NCBI GenBank assembly: GCA_051252375.1
Contig: JBPOFY010000001.1
Span: forward strand, 256,001-320,000
DNA length: 64,000 bases
Source of the DNA: Opitutaceae bacterium
GTDB lineage: Bacteria; Verrucomicrobiota; Verrucomicrobiia; Opitutales; Coraliomargaritaceae
Direction: 5' to 3'
The translations under genes were made by a program, and so were the position numbers. Every line of letters begins with the position of its first letter. Position 1 is the first letter of the stretch. The notes beneath the pieces are model-generated. The model had not been told where the DNA came from, did not search any database, and saw nothing but the letters and a program-made list of their open reading frames with translations. Of the stretch, positions 50,679 through 59,960 are shown one piece after another.

Positions 50679-52190
50679 TTAATATGTCGGTCTATAGAGA
50701 GATCTTGCTTTTTGAGCTCGATAATTTTCTGCGGGTTTTGCCAACGCTTGGAACTCTAATGGGCAATCGTTGACCTCTTTCCAGCGAACGCCTGCTTTAG
50801 CCCAAGCTTCCGTCGCAATATCGCATATAAGTTCAAACTGACGCTCCGTAAAATGATCTTTTTCTGCATAGAGTGTCAGCTCTGCGTCCGCCGCGCCACG
50901 AATCTGATGCAATTCCTGTAAGAGTAGGTCGGGGGAATCATGCGTGGTGTTCGGAACATAGAATGAACGTTCCTCTTGCCCAACCTTTAACTCTGCTCGG
51001 CAAATACCCATTTTTTTGAGTACAAACTGATAATCGGCCCAAAGATGCTTCACTGAATCCGCACGTTCTGTTTCTGCAACGAACCAATCCTTAAGATACA
51101 GAGCATTGCGCGTATCTTGACGGGCGTGCAACGACTCTGTTAACAGCATTTGAACAGTAGTCGCAGAGATTTTCTGTCCACGAAGGGTCAAAAGAATCAC
51201 GACAAAGGCAAAGCCTAATAAGATGCCAACATAACGTCCTTGCGAAGCGAAGACCAGCAGACCACCGATGAGCGCACACAACGAAATTCCGTAAAGAATG
51301 AGCACAGTGCTTCTATGCGATAACCCAGCCTTAATCAAACGATGATGAATATGCTTTCGGTCAGGGCGAAAGAGCGGCAACCCTTTAATTACACGACGAA
51401 GCATCGCAAAGGACACATCGGCAATCGGCAAGGCTAAGGCCAACACTGGCGCAATCATCGCGGCTAAGACCGTGCCCTTTTCCGAATTTAAAAGCGAAAG
51501 CGCTGCGATGACGTAGCCGATCAAATAGGCACCAGAGTCCCCCATATACACCTTGGCGGGAGGAAAATTGTGAAAGAGAAATCCTAAAGAAGCGCCCGCC
51601 ATGCCAATTGCTAATATAGATGAAAATGCGACGCCTTTCTCAAACCCGAGATACGCAAGCATCACCATCAGCATCAAACCAACACCTCCAGCAAGTCCAT
51701 CAAGGCCGTCGATCAAATTAACCAAATTCATCATCGCGACGAACCAGAATACCGTGAGCCCCATACTCAAAAGTCCCAGATCAGGAATTGCGCCAATGAA
51801 AGGTATATTAAGCGTTTCAATCGACAGACCACATTCATGTGCCGCCATGCCAATGATAATTTGAGCCAATAATTTTACTTTCGCGCCCAGCGGACGTATA
51901 TCATCAACAAAGCCCAATAAGAAAGCCGACGCCCCACCAGCAAAGACTGCATAGTGCATCAGTGATTGGTTGTCCTGACTATCGAGAAGAAAGAAACAAA
52001 GCAGGTAGGTCAGGGTAAAGCCGGCAACGAGACCAATCCCTCCGATCCGCGGAATGACCCCCGTGTGAGTATGGTGATGCTGTGGAACCAAATCAGCACC
52101 TTGCCCAAAACCTTTCTCGAGCAGATAGTGAATTACCAGCCAGGAGGCAAAGCACCCAAGAAGCAGAAAAAATAAAATTGGAGAAAGCAC
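50679..52190 (-). CDS. wecA: Undecaprenyl-phosphate GlcNAc-1-phosphate transferase (WecA/MraY family) with C-terminal extension
   Basis: PRIGG, G.VDD, NLVNLIDGLDGLA, FL.HNFPPAKVYMGDSG, D.KHIHHRL. Confidence 0.88.
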   Translation of the reverse strand: MLSPILFFLLLGCFASWLVIHYLLEKGFGQGADLVPQHHHTHTGVIPRIGGIGLVAGFTLTYLLCFFLLDSQDNQSLMHYAVFAGGASAFLLGFVDDIRPLGAKVKLLAQIIIGMAAHECGLSIETLNIPFIGAIPDLGLLSMGLTVFWFVAMMNLVNLIDGLDGLAGGVGLMLMVMLAYLGFEKGVAFSSILAIGMAGASLGFLFHNFPPAKVYMGDSGAYLIGYVIAALSLLNSEKGTVLAAMIAPVLALALPIADVSFAMLRRVIKGLPLFRPDRKHIHHRLIKAGLSHRSTVLILYGISLCALIGGLLVFASQGRYVGILLGFAFVVILLTLRGQKISATTVQMLLTESLHARQDTRNALYLKDWFVAETERADSVKHLWADYQFVLKKMGICRAELKVGQEERSFYVPNTTHDSPDLLLQELHQIRGAADAELTLYAEKDHFTERQFELICDIATEAWAKAGVRWKEVNDCPLEFQALAKPAENYRAQKARSLYRPTY

Positions 52191-52195
52191 TTTTT

Positions 52196-52280
52196 AAAAA
52201 GCTGAAACGCTAAAAACTGAAAGCTGAAAAATTTACGACTGAAAGCTGACGCGAGAAAAGATTAAATGCAGAAAAACTGA
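52196..52280. repeat. Downstream AAGCTGA/AAACTGA repeat arm of the four-helix-bundle cassette
   Basis: aaaaagctgaaacgctaaaaactgaaagctgaaaa...actgaaagctga...aaaaactga; 52205-52222 is the perfect reverse complement of 52802-52819. Confidence 0.88.
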
Positions 52281-52281
52281 T

Positions 52282-52644
52282 CTAAGTATTACTTCGTTTT
52301 ACCTTAACGACAATACTTATGAATATAGCCATTAGCTCGCCACATTCTTGGTGGATTGGCTGAATTTGATCACTTGGCATGCTGCAATCTTCGACTAAAT
52401 GCTCCAACCATAGCTGTGACTCGTCTGCCTCTTGAATAAGAACATCAAGTTTAGAACAAAATTCTGCTTCGGACCGTGCCCTAGAAGCTTCTCTAGCATG
52501 AGCAGCCACTGAAGTCGCAGACGGGAGCAATTGCTTACCGATCACCTTCACCTCTTTGCGCTGCTTCGGTAGATCGATAAAAAGTCGAATAACCGACGAT
52601 GAAAATCGTTTTGTGCGATCTCTAAGTTCTTCACTTAGTCTCAT
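52282..52644 (-). CDS. Four helix bundle protein (23S rRNA IVS protein / Avd-like family)
   Basis: L..RTK.F...VI.L...LP, KQLL.SATSV.A..REA.RARS.AEF.SKL.....EADES..WLE.L, E..EL..IF. Confidence 0.92.
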   Translation of the reverse strand: MRLSEELRDRTKRFSSSVIRLFIDLPKQRKEVKVIGKQLLPSATSVAAHAREASRARSEAEFCSKLDVLIQEADESQLWLEHLVEDCSMPSDQIQPIHQECGELMAIFISIVVKVKRSNT

Positions 52645-52691
52645 GGGTTTTTGTTGCTTTGAATGTTTGTCCTCTCAGACGTCTATCTAAC

Positions 52692-52807
52692 TTTCAGTTT
52701 TGCGCCTTTGATCGCCCCCAAGGGCACCCATCTCATTCGCCCTTCAGGGCAAACTGGACAAGCCAGTTCACCATCTCCGCGCTGCTCGCGCTCCGTCAGC
52801 GTTTCAG
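52692..52807 (-). repeat. About 115-bp dispersed structured element, copy 1
   Basis: Minus strand ctgacggagcgcgagcagcgcggagatggt...tttgccctgaagggcga.tga...gggtgccctt...gcaaaactgaaa aligns with 54835-54951 on the plus strand. Confidence 0.85.
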
Positions 52808-52825
52808 TTTTTAGCGTTTTAAAAA

Positions 52826-52844
52826 CATGCTTCCGCCCTTGGTC
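52826..52844 (-). promoter_or_regulatory. ops/JUMPstart-like element in the operon leader
   Basis: Minus strand GACCAAGGGCGGAAGCATG resembles the JUMPstart 3' part AGCCAGGGGCGGTAGCGT, and lies ahead of a roughly 50-kb polysaccharide operon. Confidence 0.5.
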
Positions 52845-53024
52845 GTTCGGGAAATTCCGAGACTTTCTGGCGGCGAGACCGCAATGATTAAGGACTGATG
52901 GCTGATAGCTAATGAGTAGCTACTAGTTGTGCGGTAAAGCCGCGGGTAGAGAGAAGCAGTGAAGTCGTTCTCTGGTTAAAAGTTTATATATTAGGGCTAG
53001 AAATGCTAAAAATGGGGAGACGAA

Positions 53025-53606
53025 TTAGATGATGGTTTGATCTTGTTCAGACTTTTCCTCGAAGAACTTAGCACCACCGAGGACAGCCATGATGATAGGG
53101 AGTAAGCTTTGCACGCGGTTTTGCCAGGCGCGCAGTGTGCCTAGGCGATTTAAGGCGTGTTCACGTATCGCAGGGTCAGTCTCTTCCTGGAGTAACACTT
53201 CGACATCGTTTAACCGGCTCGCCCCTGACTCAATGTGCGGGCTGAACTGATCTCGAACGAAGCCGCGAACCAAGCGCTTCATCGACAGTTCCGGAACATA
53301 ATGGTCTTTTCGGTTCCCAGCAACATACTGCAACTTCACTGCTCCTAGCTGGCGTAGTAATTTCAATCCCTGACTCACCGAACCTTTACTGATTCCCAAT
53401 CGCTGAACCAGATCATCGAAGGTCAACGGACCGGTCGCGCAAAATAGCAGGCCGTATATTTCACCAATTGACCGAGGGAGTCCTATCAGGCCGGCTGCAC
53501 GCACAAATAACTCGATCATTGATGTCTCCCAATGAGCAAGTTGCACTGACTTAATTTGGTTAGTATCTGGGGCGGGGTTCATACGTAAGCTGCCATTCAA
53601 CAACAT
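53025..53606 (-). CDS. GbsR/MarR family transcriptional regulator
   Basis: GLPRSIGEIYGLL, L..RLGISKGSVSQGL..L...G.V, RKDHY; the start may be the ATG at 53582. Confidence 0.88.
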   Translation of the reverse strand: MLLNGSLRMNPAPDTNQIKSVQLAHWETSMIELFVRAAGLIGLPRSIGEIYGLLFCATGPLTFDDLVQRLGISKGSVSQGLKLLRQLGAVKLQYVAGNRKDHYVPELSMKRLVRGFVRDQFSPHIESGASRLNDVEVLLQEETDPAIREHALNRLGTLRAWQNRVQSLLPIIMAVLGGAKFFEEKSEQDQTII

Positions 53607-53613
53607 ATTACAC

Positions 53614-53637
53614 TTTGTTCAAGGTTTTTTGAACAAA
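53614..53637. promoter_or_regulatory. Palindromic operator candidate upstream of the GbsR/MarR gene
   Basis: TTTGTTCAA-N6-TTGAACAAA perfect 9-bp inverted repeat just 5' of the ORF. Confidence 0.6.
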
Positions 53638-53734
53638 CCGAAACGGCGCATTTGAAGCATATTTATGGTAATTTCTAATGACCCGATCATCCGATTGCAT
53701 GCCCCCCGCCCAATTTCGCTCATCTCATCAGAAT

Positions 53735-53893
53735 GTAGCCACGGCACTCTGTGCCGTGCCCCGTAACCTCGATCCTTAGCACTCATCAACCGTGGCCTCC
53801 AAAATAATTATGGATGATGTCGCTACGCTTGGAACTGCCTCACACCCTACAGGGCTTCCTGCCCTATGACACGGCAGTGACTGCCGTGGCTAC
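53735..53893. repeat. REP doublet, family A (GTAGCCACGGCA..TGCCGTG)
   Basis: gtagccacggcactctgtgccgtg at 53735-53758 and inverted cacggcagtgactgccgtggctac at 53870-53893. Confidence 0.88.
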
Positions 53894-54023
53894 AACTCTC
53901 ATCAGGATGTCTAAAGAAACAAATTTAAACTAACCGAACGATTCCCAAAGGTAGGGACGCCTGCCCATTACACCGAGGCCACGCGCATAAAAGAATTATG
54001 GATGATGTCGCTACGCTTGGAAC
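53806..54023. repeat. Perfect 30-bp direct repeat
   Basis: aattatggatgatgtcgctacgcttggaac at 53806-53835 and 53994-54023. Confidence 0.9.
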
Positions 54024-54063
54024 AGCCAAAAATTATTCTGCTTCAACCCCTATAGCAAATGAC

Positions 54064-54351
54064 TCACTTCAACCAAACGATCGTGGCTCCCCAGCTACCT
54101 TCGCTTTGGTCGGCTAATTGAAATCGTTCGACCCGTGAATCACGTTTCAACAGGGAATGGACCGTCTCACGCAGGGTTCCAATGCCTTTTCCATGAATAA
54201 TTCGCAGGCGGCGTATGTCTTTGTCGATACAGGCTTCGATGTAATCTGGTATCAAATCTCCAAGATCCGAAGGGCGAAAGGTATGCAAATCCAGTTCACC
54301 GTTAATCGGGAATTCAACTGCTTCTGGATCTTCGTGGGGCTCTTCAGTCAT
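54064..54351 (-). CDS. Stand-alone Smr domain protein
   Basis: ELDLHTF, IIHGKG.G.LR..V..LL, GSWGAT.V.L; start set to the ATG at 54351. Confidence 0.9.
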   Translation of the reverse strand: MTEEPHEDPEAVEFPINGELDLHTFRPSDLGDLIPDYIEACIDKDIRRLRIIHGKGIGTLRETVHSLLKRDSRVERFQLADQSEGSWGATIVWLK

Positions 54352-54805
54352 GAGTGATGGTCGAGTTGATAGTTTGTAGTTCGAGTATGGAGTTGTGGTG
54401 ACAGTCATGTCTCTAGCATTTAGCACGACACCTATCAAGTCGATCCGATGCGAACCGCCCTCCTAGGCTTAGCTACGATCATAAATGCCTGACAGCCGAC
54501 GAAGCACGAAAGCTTGGCGACGGTGAGTTTCCTTCGTAGTGACTTCGCTTGCGGATATCCCCACGGTGATCTTTGAATTTATGAACGTTCGATGCCACCC
54601 GGATATGACGGGGAGACGCGCAAGCGCGCTCACTACGACCAAGTAATAACTCAAAGCTTCCGTTGTTGGGTATGACAGATCCATACTCCCCTATCCTCAG
54701 AATCGAGGCTAGGGGGTTTCCAAAATAATCATTCTGTCCCAAATTATTCTGTCTGAATCTTACTGGACATCCGCCTCAAAGCCGATGCAACAACACGCGA
54801 TTATC

Positions 54806-54829
54806 CCCGATCCCGCGGATCGAGGCCAC
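54806..54829. repeat. REP family B (CCCGATCC-N3-GGATCGAGGCCAC)
   Basis: Further copies at 59310-59333 and 49304-49327; degenerate copies near 53763 and 56711. Confidence 0.82.
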
Positions 54830-54834
54830 ATTTT

Positions 54835-54951
54835 GAAAAACTGACGAAGCGCAAGTAGCGCGGAGATGGTAAATCGGAACGATTTGCCCCGAAGGGCGAC
54901 TGAACAGGGTGCCCTTAAGGCAAGTGAAGAAGCAAATACTGAAAACTGAAA
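54835..54951 (+). repeat. About 115-bp dispersed structured element, copy 2
   Basis: gaaaaactgacgaagcgcaagtagcgcggagatggt...tttgccccgaagggcgactga...gggtgccctt...gcaaatactgaaaactgaaa. Confidence 0.85.
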
Positions 54952-55016
54952 CAATGAGCTACTTAACAGTCATCCACTTAAACTTGAACTCTCAACTCAA
55001 ACATCGGCAGAGCCGA

Positions 55017-55658
55017 TCAAGGCGCTAGACGTTCGGGGGCGATCCAATTGCCGGATTCATCTCGGCGATACATAAATCGGTCATGTAGGCGAGAGGCCCC
55101 ACCCTGCCAGAATTCGAATGTCTTGGGCACGATGCGATAGCCTCCCCAATGATCGGGCAGTGGCACCTTCCCATCGGTAAACTTGCGCTTCATTTGATCT
55201 AGCTTCGCTTCTAGAAGCTGTCGCGAACCGATGACTTTGCTCTGTGGCGAAGTCCAAGCACCCAACTGACTAGCAAAAGGACGGGAAAGGAAATACTTCA
55301 ACGACTCTGCCTTAGACACCCGTTCGACTGTTCCGGTGACATTTACCTGTCTTTGTAATGGCAACCAAAGGAAATTAGCCCCCACTTGTGGGTTTGCGTC
55401 CAACTCACGGGCTTTACGGCTTTCGTAGTTAGTATAAAAGACCAAGCCCTTTTCCGAGAAAGCTTTCAACAACACGATCCGTGTCGATGGCTGGCCGGCA
55501 GAGTCGGCCGTCGCTAAGCAGAACGCATTGGGCTCATCCACCTCACAAGTCTCTGCCTCTTGAAACCATTTCTCAAATTGCGCAAAGGGGCACTCAGCAA
55601 GATCAGACGCATCCAATGCATGCTTGGTGTATTCAGCTCTACGATCGGAGAGGTCCAT
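55017..55658 (-). CDS. pdxH: Pyridoxamine 5'-phosphate oxidase
   Basis: R.EY, P..R.VLLK, FYTNY.SRK, YF.SRP..SQ.GAW.S.QS, EFWQG...RLHDR, RLAP. Confidence 0.96.
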   Translation of the reverse strand: MDLSDRRAEYTKHALDASDLAECPFAQFEKWFQEAETCEVDEPNAFCLATADSAGQPSTRIVLLKAFSEKGLVFYTNYESRKARELDANPQVGANFLWLPLQRQVNVTGTVERVSKAESLKYFLSRPFASQLGAWTSPQSKVIGSRQLLEAKLDQMKRKFTDGKVPLPDHWGGYRIVPKTFEFWQGGASRLHDRFMYRRDESGNWIAPERLAP

Positions 55659-55691
55659 GGTTTTTTTAAATGCTGAAAACTGTTCAGCTTT

Positions 55692-56618
55692 CTACTGCTC
55701 AGCCAGCCAGCGTTCGGCTTCGATAGCGGCTTGGCAACCCATTCCAGCTGCAGTGATCGCTTGGCGGTAAACGTGGTCGACACAATCGCCGGCAGCGAAA
55801 AAGCCTTCGTGCTTGGTCTTCACTTGGCTACCTGCCTCGGGGATGATGTAGCCGTCGCCATCACGATCAAGCACACCTTCAACGAAATCCGTATTAGGGA
55901 TGTGGCCAATTGCGATAAACGCGCCCTTGCAGGGGATTTCACGCTCTTCGCCAGTGATTGTGTCCTTCACAACAACCGCACGGGTAAAACCTTGCTCATC
56001 GGCTAAGACTTCGGTCGGAGCCGCGTTCCAAGCCATTTCAATTTTCGGGTGCGAAGTTGCACGGTCCGCCATGATTTGAGAAGCACGGAGCTCATCGCGG
56101 CGATGGATCAGTGTTACCTTCGAGCAAAAACGAGTCAAAAAGAGCGCTTCTTCGGCAGCAGAATCCCCACCACCGACGACGACAACATCCATGTCGCGGT
56201 AGAATGCACCATCACAGGTTGCACAAGTCGTGACACCTTTACCGCCAAACATCTCCTTTTCACCAGGAATACCGAGCAAGCGTGGGCGCGCGCCAGTTGC
56301 GACAATCACAGTCTTCGCTTCATAAACCTTGTCACCTGCGTAGAGTTTCTTCACATCGCCCTCGAGCTCGATCTTATCGACCTTGGCGTGCTCATAGCGG
56401 GCACCAAATCTAGCCGCCTGCTTGCGCAGATTGTCCATCATCGTGTAGCCATCAATGCCTTCTGGGAAACCGGGGAAGTTTTCGACTTCAGAGGTTGTTG
56501 TGAGCTGACCACCGGGTTGCGAACCTTCGAGCACAAGAGGGTTCAGCTGCGCACGGCCGGTGTAAATAGCTGCAGTGAGTCCGGCACAACCGGTTCCAAG
56601 AATGATGACGTCTTCCAT
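55692..56618 (-). CDS. trxB: Thioredoxin-disulfide reductase
   Basis: [44 protein letters not shown]; start set to the ATG at 56618. Confidence 0.96.
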   Translation of the reverse strand: MEDVIILGTGCAGLTAAIYTGRAQLNPLVLEGSQPGGQLTTTSEVENFPGFPEGIDGYTMMDNLRKQAARFGARYEHAKVDKIELEGDVKKLYAGDKVYEAKTVIVATGARPRLLGIPGEKEMFGGKGVTTCATCDGAFYRDMDVVVVGGGDSAAEEALFLTRFCSKVTLIHRRDELRASQIMADRATSHPKIEMAWNAAPTEVLADEQGFTRAVVVKDTITGEEREIPCKGAFIAIGHIPNTDFVEGVLDRDGDGYIIPEAGSQVKTKHEGFFAAGDCVDHVYRQAITAAGMGCQAAIEAERWLAEQ

Positions 56619-56749
56619 AATAATAGTGTGGGTGTATAAATTGTTAAAGCTGTGAGACGATGGAGGTGTTCTTTTTATTCTCAAGAACTTTCAGTAATTC
56701 GCTGGCGCTCCCCAATCCTGAGTATTGAGGCGACAACTTTGATCAGAAT

Positions 56750-56845
56750 GTAGCCACGGCACTCTGTGCCGTTCCCCAGTATACCAGCTTATCCCAAGAA
56801 TCGGGACTACGAGCCTAAAACACGGCAGGGGACTGTCGTGGCTAC
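56750..56845. repeat. REP doublet, family A
   Basis: gtagccacggcactctgtgccgt at 56750 and inverted cacggcaggggactgtcgtggctac at 56821-56845; a single copy also at 59113-59137. Confidence 0.88.
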
Positions 56846-56977
56846 AGCAAACGAATATTAATTAGCTATAGTAAGCGATCTCCGACGCAGTCGGCTTGTA
56901 TATATATGGCGGGGAACATCTTGCTTTAGCCCTTTTCAGCCTTCCCGCTATTGAGTTTTTCCGTTTTCCTAGGCCGC

Positions 56978-57775
56978 ATGGAATTGATCGACAGTCATTG
57001 CCACCTAAAAGGCTTTCAAGATAAGGGCGAACTGAACGCGGTTCTAACGCGTGCGGCGGAAGCTGGGGTCACCCAATTCATTACCGTCGGGACTTCTCTC
57101 AAGGACTGGGTGCCTTATCGCGAAATGAGCGCCGCGCACCCGGGCAAGATTTTTTATACCGTCGGTCTGCACCCCTGCTATGTGGATGCAGAATGGAACG
57201 ACGCGGTGGCACAAATCTCTACGTTTTTCATCCCGCCTCACGCGCCAGTGGCACTGGGCGAGATCGGGCTAGACTATTTCCACCTCCCGAAAGATCCCAT
57301 TATGGCAGGCGAAACCATGATTTTTCAGGAGGAAGCCTTTCGCCAGCAGCTGATGCTGGCTTGCGAGCTCGATTGCCCAGTGATCATCCATAGCCGTAAT
57401 GCTTTTGATGACACCCTTCGGATGATCGACGAGTCAGGCATTGATTGGGCGCGTATCGTTTTTCACTGCTACAGCTATGGACCCGACGAAATAGGCAAAA
57501 TCAAAGAGCGTGGCGGTCGCGCGTCTTTTACTGGCATCGTCACCTACAAGAACGCCCCAGAAATCCGCGATGCCCTGCGCGTTCAAGGCGTCGAGCGCCT
57601 CATGCTCGAAACGGACTGCCCATACCTCACGCCTGAGCCACATCGCGGCAAGCCAAACGAACCAGCCTTTCTGGCGCATATCGCCGAACGATGCGCCGAC
57701 GCACTGGCACTGCCACTGGAAAGTTTGGCAGCACAGACGACCGCCAACACCAAGGCATTTTTCCAACTCGATTAA
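56978..57775 (+). CDS. tatD: TatD family hydrolase/DNase
   Basis: [46 protein letters not shown]. Confidence 0.93.
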   Translation: MELIDSHCHLKGFQDKGELNAVLTRAAEAGVTQFITVGTSLKDWVPYREMSAAHPGKIFYTVGLHPCYVDAEWNDAVAQISTFFIPPHAPVALGEIGLDYFHLPKDPIMAGETMIFQEEAFRQQLMLACELDCPVIIHSRNAFDDTLRMIDESGIDWARIVFHCYSYGPDEIGKIKERGGRASFTGIVTYKNAPEIRDALRVQGVERLMLETDCPYLTPEPHRGKPNEPAFLAHIAERCADALALPLESLAAQTTANTKAFFQLD

Positions 57776-57778
57776 TCC

Positions 57779-59023
57779 ATGCGCTGGCTCTTCAGAATCG
57801 CTCTTACCATCGGCTTCCTTGGGCTCGCCGCGCTGGCGATTATGCCCTATCTGCCAACCATCCAAAAGGAGGCAGGGCATTTCTACGATGCCTGGAAAGC
57901 AATTCGAACCGAGCAAACCAAGCCCGAGACTGAAACATCGACCGCAAAACCCTCCGAAAAAACCATTGAACGACGGCGACCACTAAGCATCCCGAAAAGC
58001 GATAGTGTTGATGGCACCGAAACCGATCTATTTTTGAGCGAAGCTCGCCGTCGCGCCCAAGACGACCCCGAGTCCGCGATGGCTTGGCTGCAGAATCAGG
58101 ACAATAGCCCGCAGCGCCTCCGCGGCATGCTGGAAGTCGTCGCATTGTGGGCGGCCGACGATTCCGAAGGCGCGCTGCTCTGGCTAGAGTCAAACGCGCA
58201 AGGTATTGCTCGACTGGAGACGCTCAATAGTGCCGTCGAACTCTGGTCCGCTCAAGACCCTGTCGCCGCGTCGGAGTGGATTGCCGGCATGGCCAACGAC
58301 GGCAGTAAAGTCACCGCGACCAAAGCGCTGGTCGACAATTGGACCAAGACTCAACCCGAAGAAGCCTCCGCTTGGGTGAGCGCCCTGCCCTACGGTCCCT
58401 TGCGAGACGAAGCGGCTCAAGCACTCATCGAATCGTGGACAAAGATCGACCCCGAAAAAGCCGCCATCTGGGCCCTCTCTGAAGCTGAGTTTTACGGGAA
58501 TTCCGACCTGCTCTACAATAGCATCGAGCAATTCACCAAGGTGGACCCAAAGAATGCTGAGCTTTTCCTGCGCAACTTGACTGAAGCCTACGACGCCCCC
58601 GAAACCATCGACACCTACGTCCGCGCACTCGCGCAAACCGACCCCGTAGAAGCCATGCTATGGCAAGCCCGACTCACTTCTGAAGATCCGCTCTCTAAAG
58701 AGGGCAACACACGTATCATCATGCAGGAATGGAGCCGCACCGACTCTGTCGCAGCCTCCGCTTGGCTCAGTGATCAAGCCCCCGGAGCCGATCGCGACGC
58801 GGCGATATTTGGTTTTAACGACACCATACTACAATACGAACCGGAGGCCGCCACTGCATGGGCCAACTATATTTCTGACCCAAAACAGCGTGAGCAATTA
58901 CTCCGGTCATCGATTCAAAAGTGGGCGTATGCACAACCTCACGAGGCCCTCAAATGGGTCAAAGAAGCAGAGCTCGATCCAGCGCTCCGCACCAGTCTCG
59001 CCTCCGAAATCGGAGCGGATTAA
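57779..59023 (+). CDS. Membrane-anchored helical-repeat hypothetical protein
   Basis: N-terminal TM segment followed by many W...DP.AA..W repeats. Confidence 0.8.
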   Translation: MRWLFRIALTIGFLGLAALAIMPYLPTIQKEAGHFYDAWKAIRTEQTKPETETSTAKPSEKTIERRRPLSIPKSDSVDGTETDLFLSEARRRAQDDPESAMAWLQNQDNSPQRLRGMLEVVALWAADDSEGALLWLESNAQGIARLETLNSAVELWSAQDPVAASEWIAGMANDGSKVTATKALVDNWTKTQPEEASAWVSALPYGPLRDEAAQALIESWTKIDPEKAAIWALSEAEFYGNSDLLYNSIEQFTKVDPKNAELFLRNLTEAYDAPETIDTYVRALAQTDPVEAMLWQARLTSEDPLSKEGNTRIIMQEWSRTDSVAASAWLSDQAPGADRDAAIFGFNDTILQYEPEAATAWANYISDPKQREQLLRSSIQKWAYAQPHEALKWVKEAELDPALRTSLASEIGAD

Positions 59024-59219
59024 GGGGGAGCATGCTTAAAAGTCTAAAAGCTGAAAACTGAGAGCTGAAATAGTAAGCTACTTAACGGACATCGCTTTCT
59101 CTCGGCTAAGAACACGGCAGGAGACTGCCGTGGCTACACCGAATGAATCGCCCCTCCCATCCAGAGGATAATCCTAAAGAATACATATAAACAAACTGAA
59201 CGATTTGCTGGCACCAAAG

Positions 59220-59293
59220 GTAGGGACGCCTGCCCCTAGACGTCCGAGGTTGGAAGGAAATATCCCGGACGCCTGAGGGCAGGCGTCCCTACC
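59220..59293. repeat. REP doublet, family C (GTAGGGACGCCTGCCC)
   Basis: gtagggacgcctgcccctagacgtccg ... cggacgcctgagggcaggcgtccctacc; partial copy at 53951-53966. Confidence 0.88.
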
Positions 59294-59381
59294 AAATACA
59301 CTGATACCTCCCGATCCAAAGGATCGAGGCCACATACAGATCTGAAAACAAAAATGCTGAAAACTGACACTAATCGCTTTG

Positions 59382-59945
59382 CTACCCGATCCGCTCGAAA
59401 ATCGCAATGGTGGGCTTATCTTTACCGGCTTTACCTAGACGCTTAAGCATTTGCCAGCCGGCGACTTCGGGCTCCAAGTTGCCGGGTAATTCAAGTATCG
59501 CCCGCGCATCGGACTCTGCAATGGGCGTCACTGCTTTTTCAAAAATACGACTGAGACCGCCCTCTATACTGTCATACGGAGGATCTATAAAGATCAGATC
59601 GTAACGCGAAGCCCCCTCATCCAAGGAATACACATCGCGGGCGATCACCCGAGCCGCACTTGTATCCAACTGACAACTACGCAACACCGCTTGCACATTT
59701 TGACGCAAACAACTGAGCGCCGAACGGTCCGTCTCGAAGAAGGTGGAGTTCTCCGCCCCACGACTCAAAGCCTCCAGACCATAACTACCGGTCCCAGCAA
59801 AGAGATCTGCCACGCGACAGCCTTCAACGCTCGCTCCAAGGCTGGAAAAAACAGACTCCCGCATCCGATCAGTCGCTGGGCGTGTGCCCTCGCCTTTGGG
59901 TGCTTTAAGCTGTATGCCCCGAGCGCGTCCTCCGGTGATTCTCAC
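59382..59945 (-). CDS. rsmD: 16S rRNA (guanine966-N2)-methyltransferase
   Basis: [43 protein letters not shown]. Confidence 0.93.
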   Translation of the reverse strand: MRITGGRARGIQLKAPKGEGTRPATDRMRESVFSSLGASVEGCRVADLFAGTGSYGLEALSRGAENSTFFETDRSALSCLRQNVQAVLRSCQLDTSAARVIARDVYSLDEGASRYDLIFIDPPYDSIEGGLSRIFEKAVTPIAESDARAILELPGNLEPEVAGWQMLKRLGKAGKDKPTIAIFERIG

Positions 59946-59960
59946 AAATCACCTCCGGTG

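Noticed and set aside
52282..52644. Diversity-generating retroelement (Avd-like gene)
   Set aside because: No reverse transcriptase and no TR/VR pair with adenine-specific mismatches seen in the window
52282..52644. 23S rRNA intervening sequence
   Set aside because: The flanks are not rRNA; the ORF sits between wecA and a regulator
52663..52887. 74-aa plus-strand ORF
   Set aside because: Translation of the dispersed repeat and leader region
53806..54023. Possible CRISPR array (30-bp direct repeats)
   Set aside because: Only two copies, a 158-bp spacer filled with REP sequences, and no cas genes
54469..54954. Short ORFs between smr and pdxH
   Set aside because: No recognisable motifs, they overlap each other and repeat elements, and coding status cannot be supported
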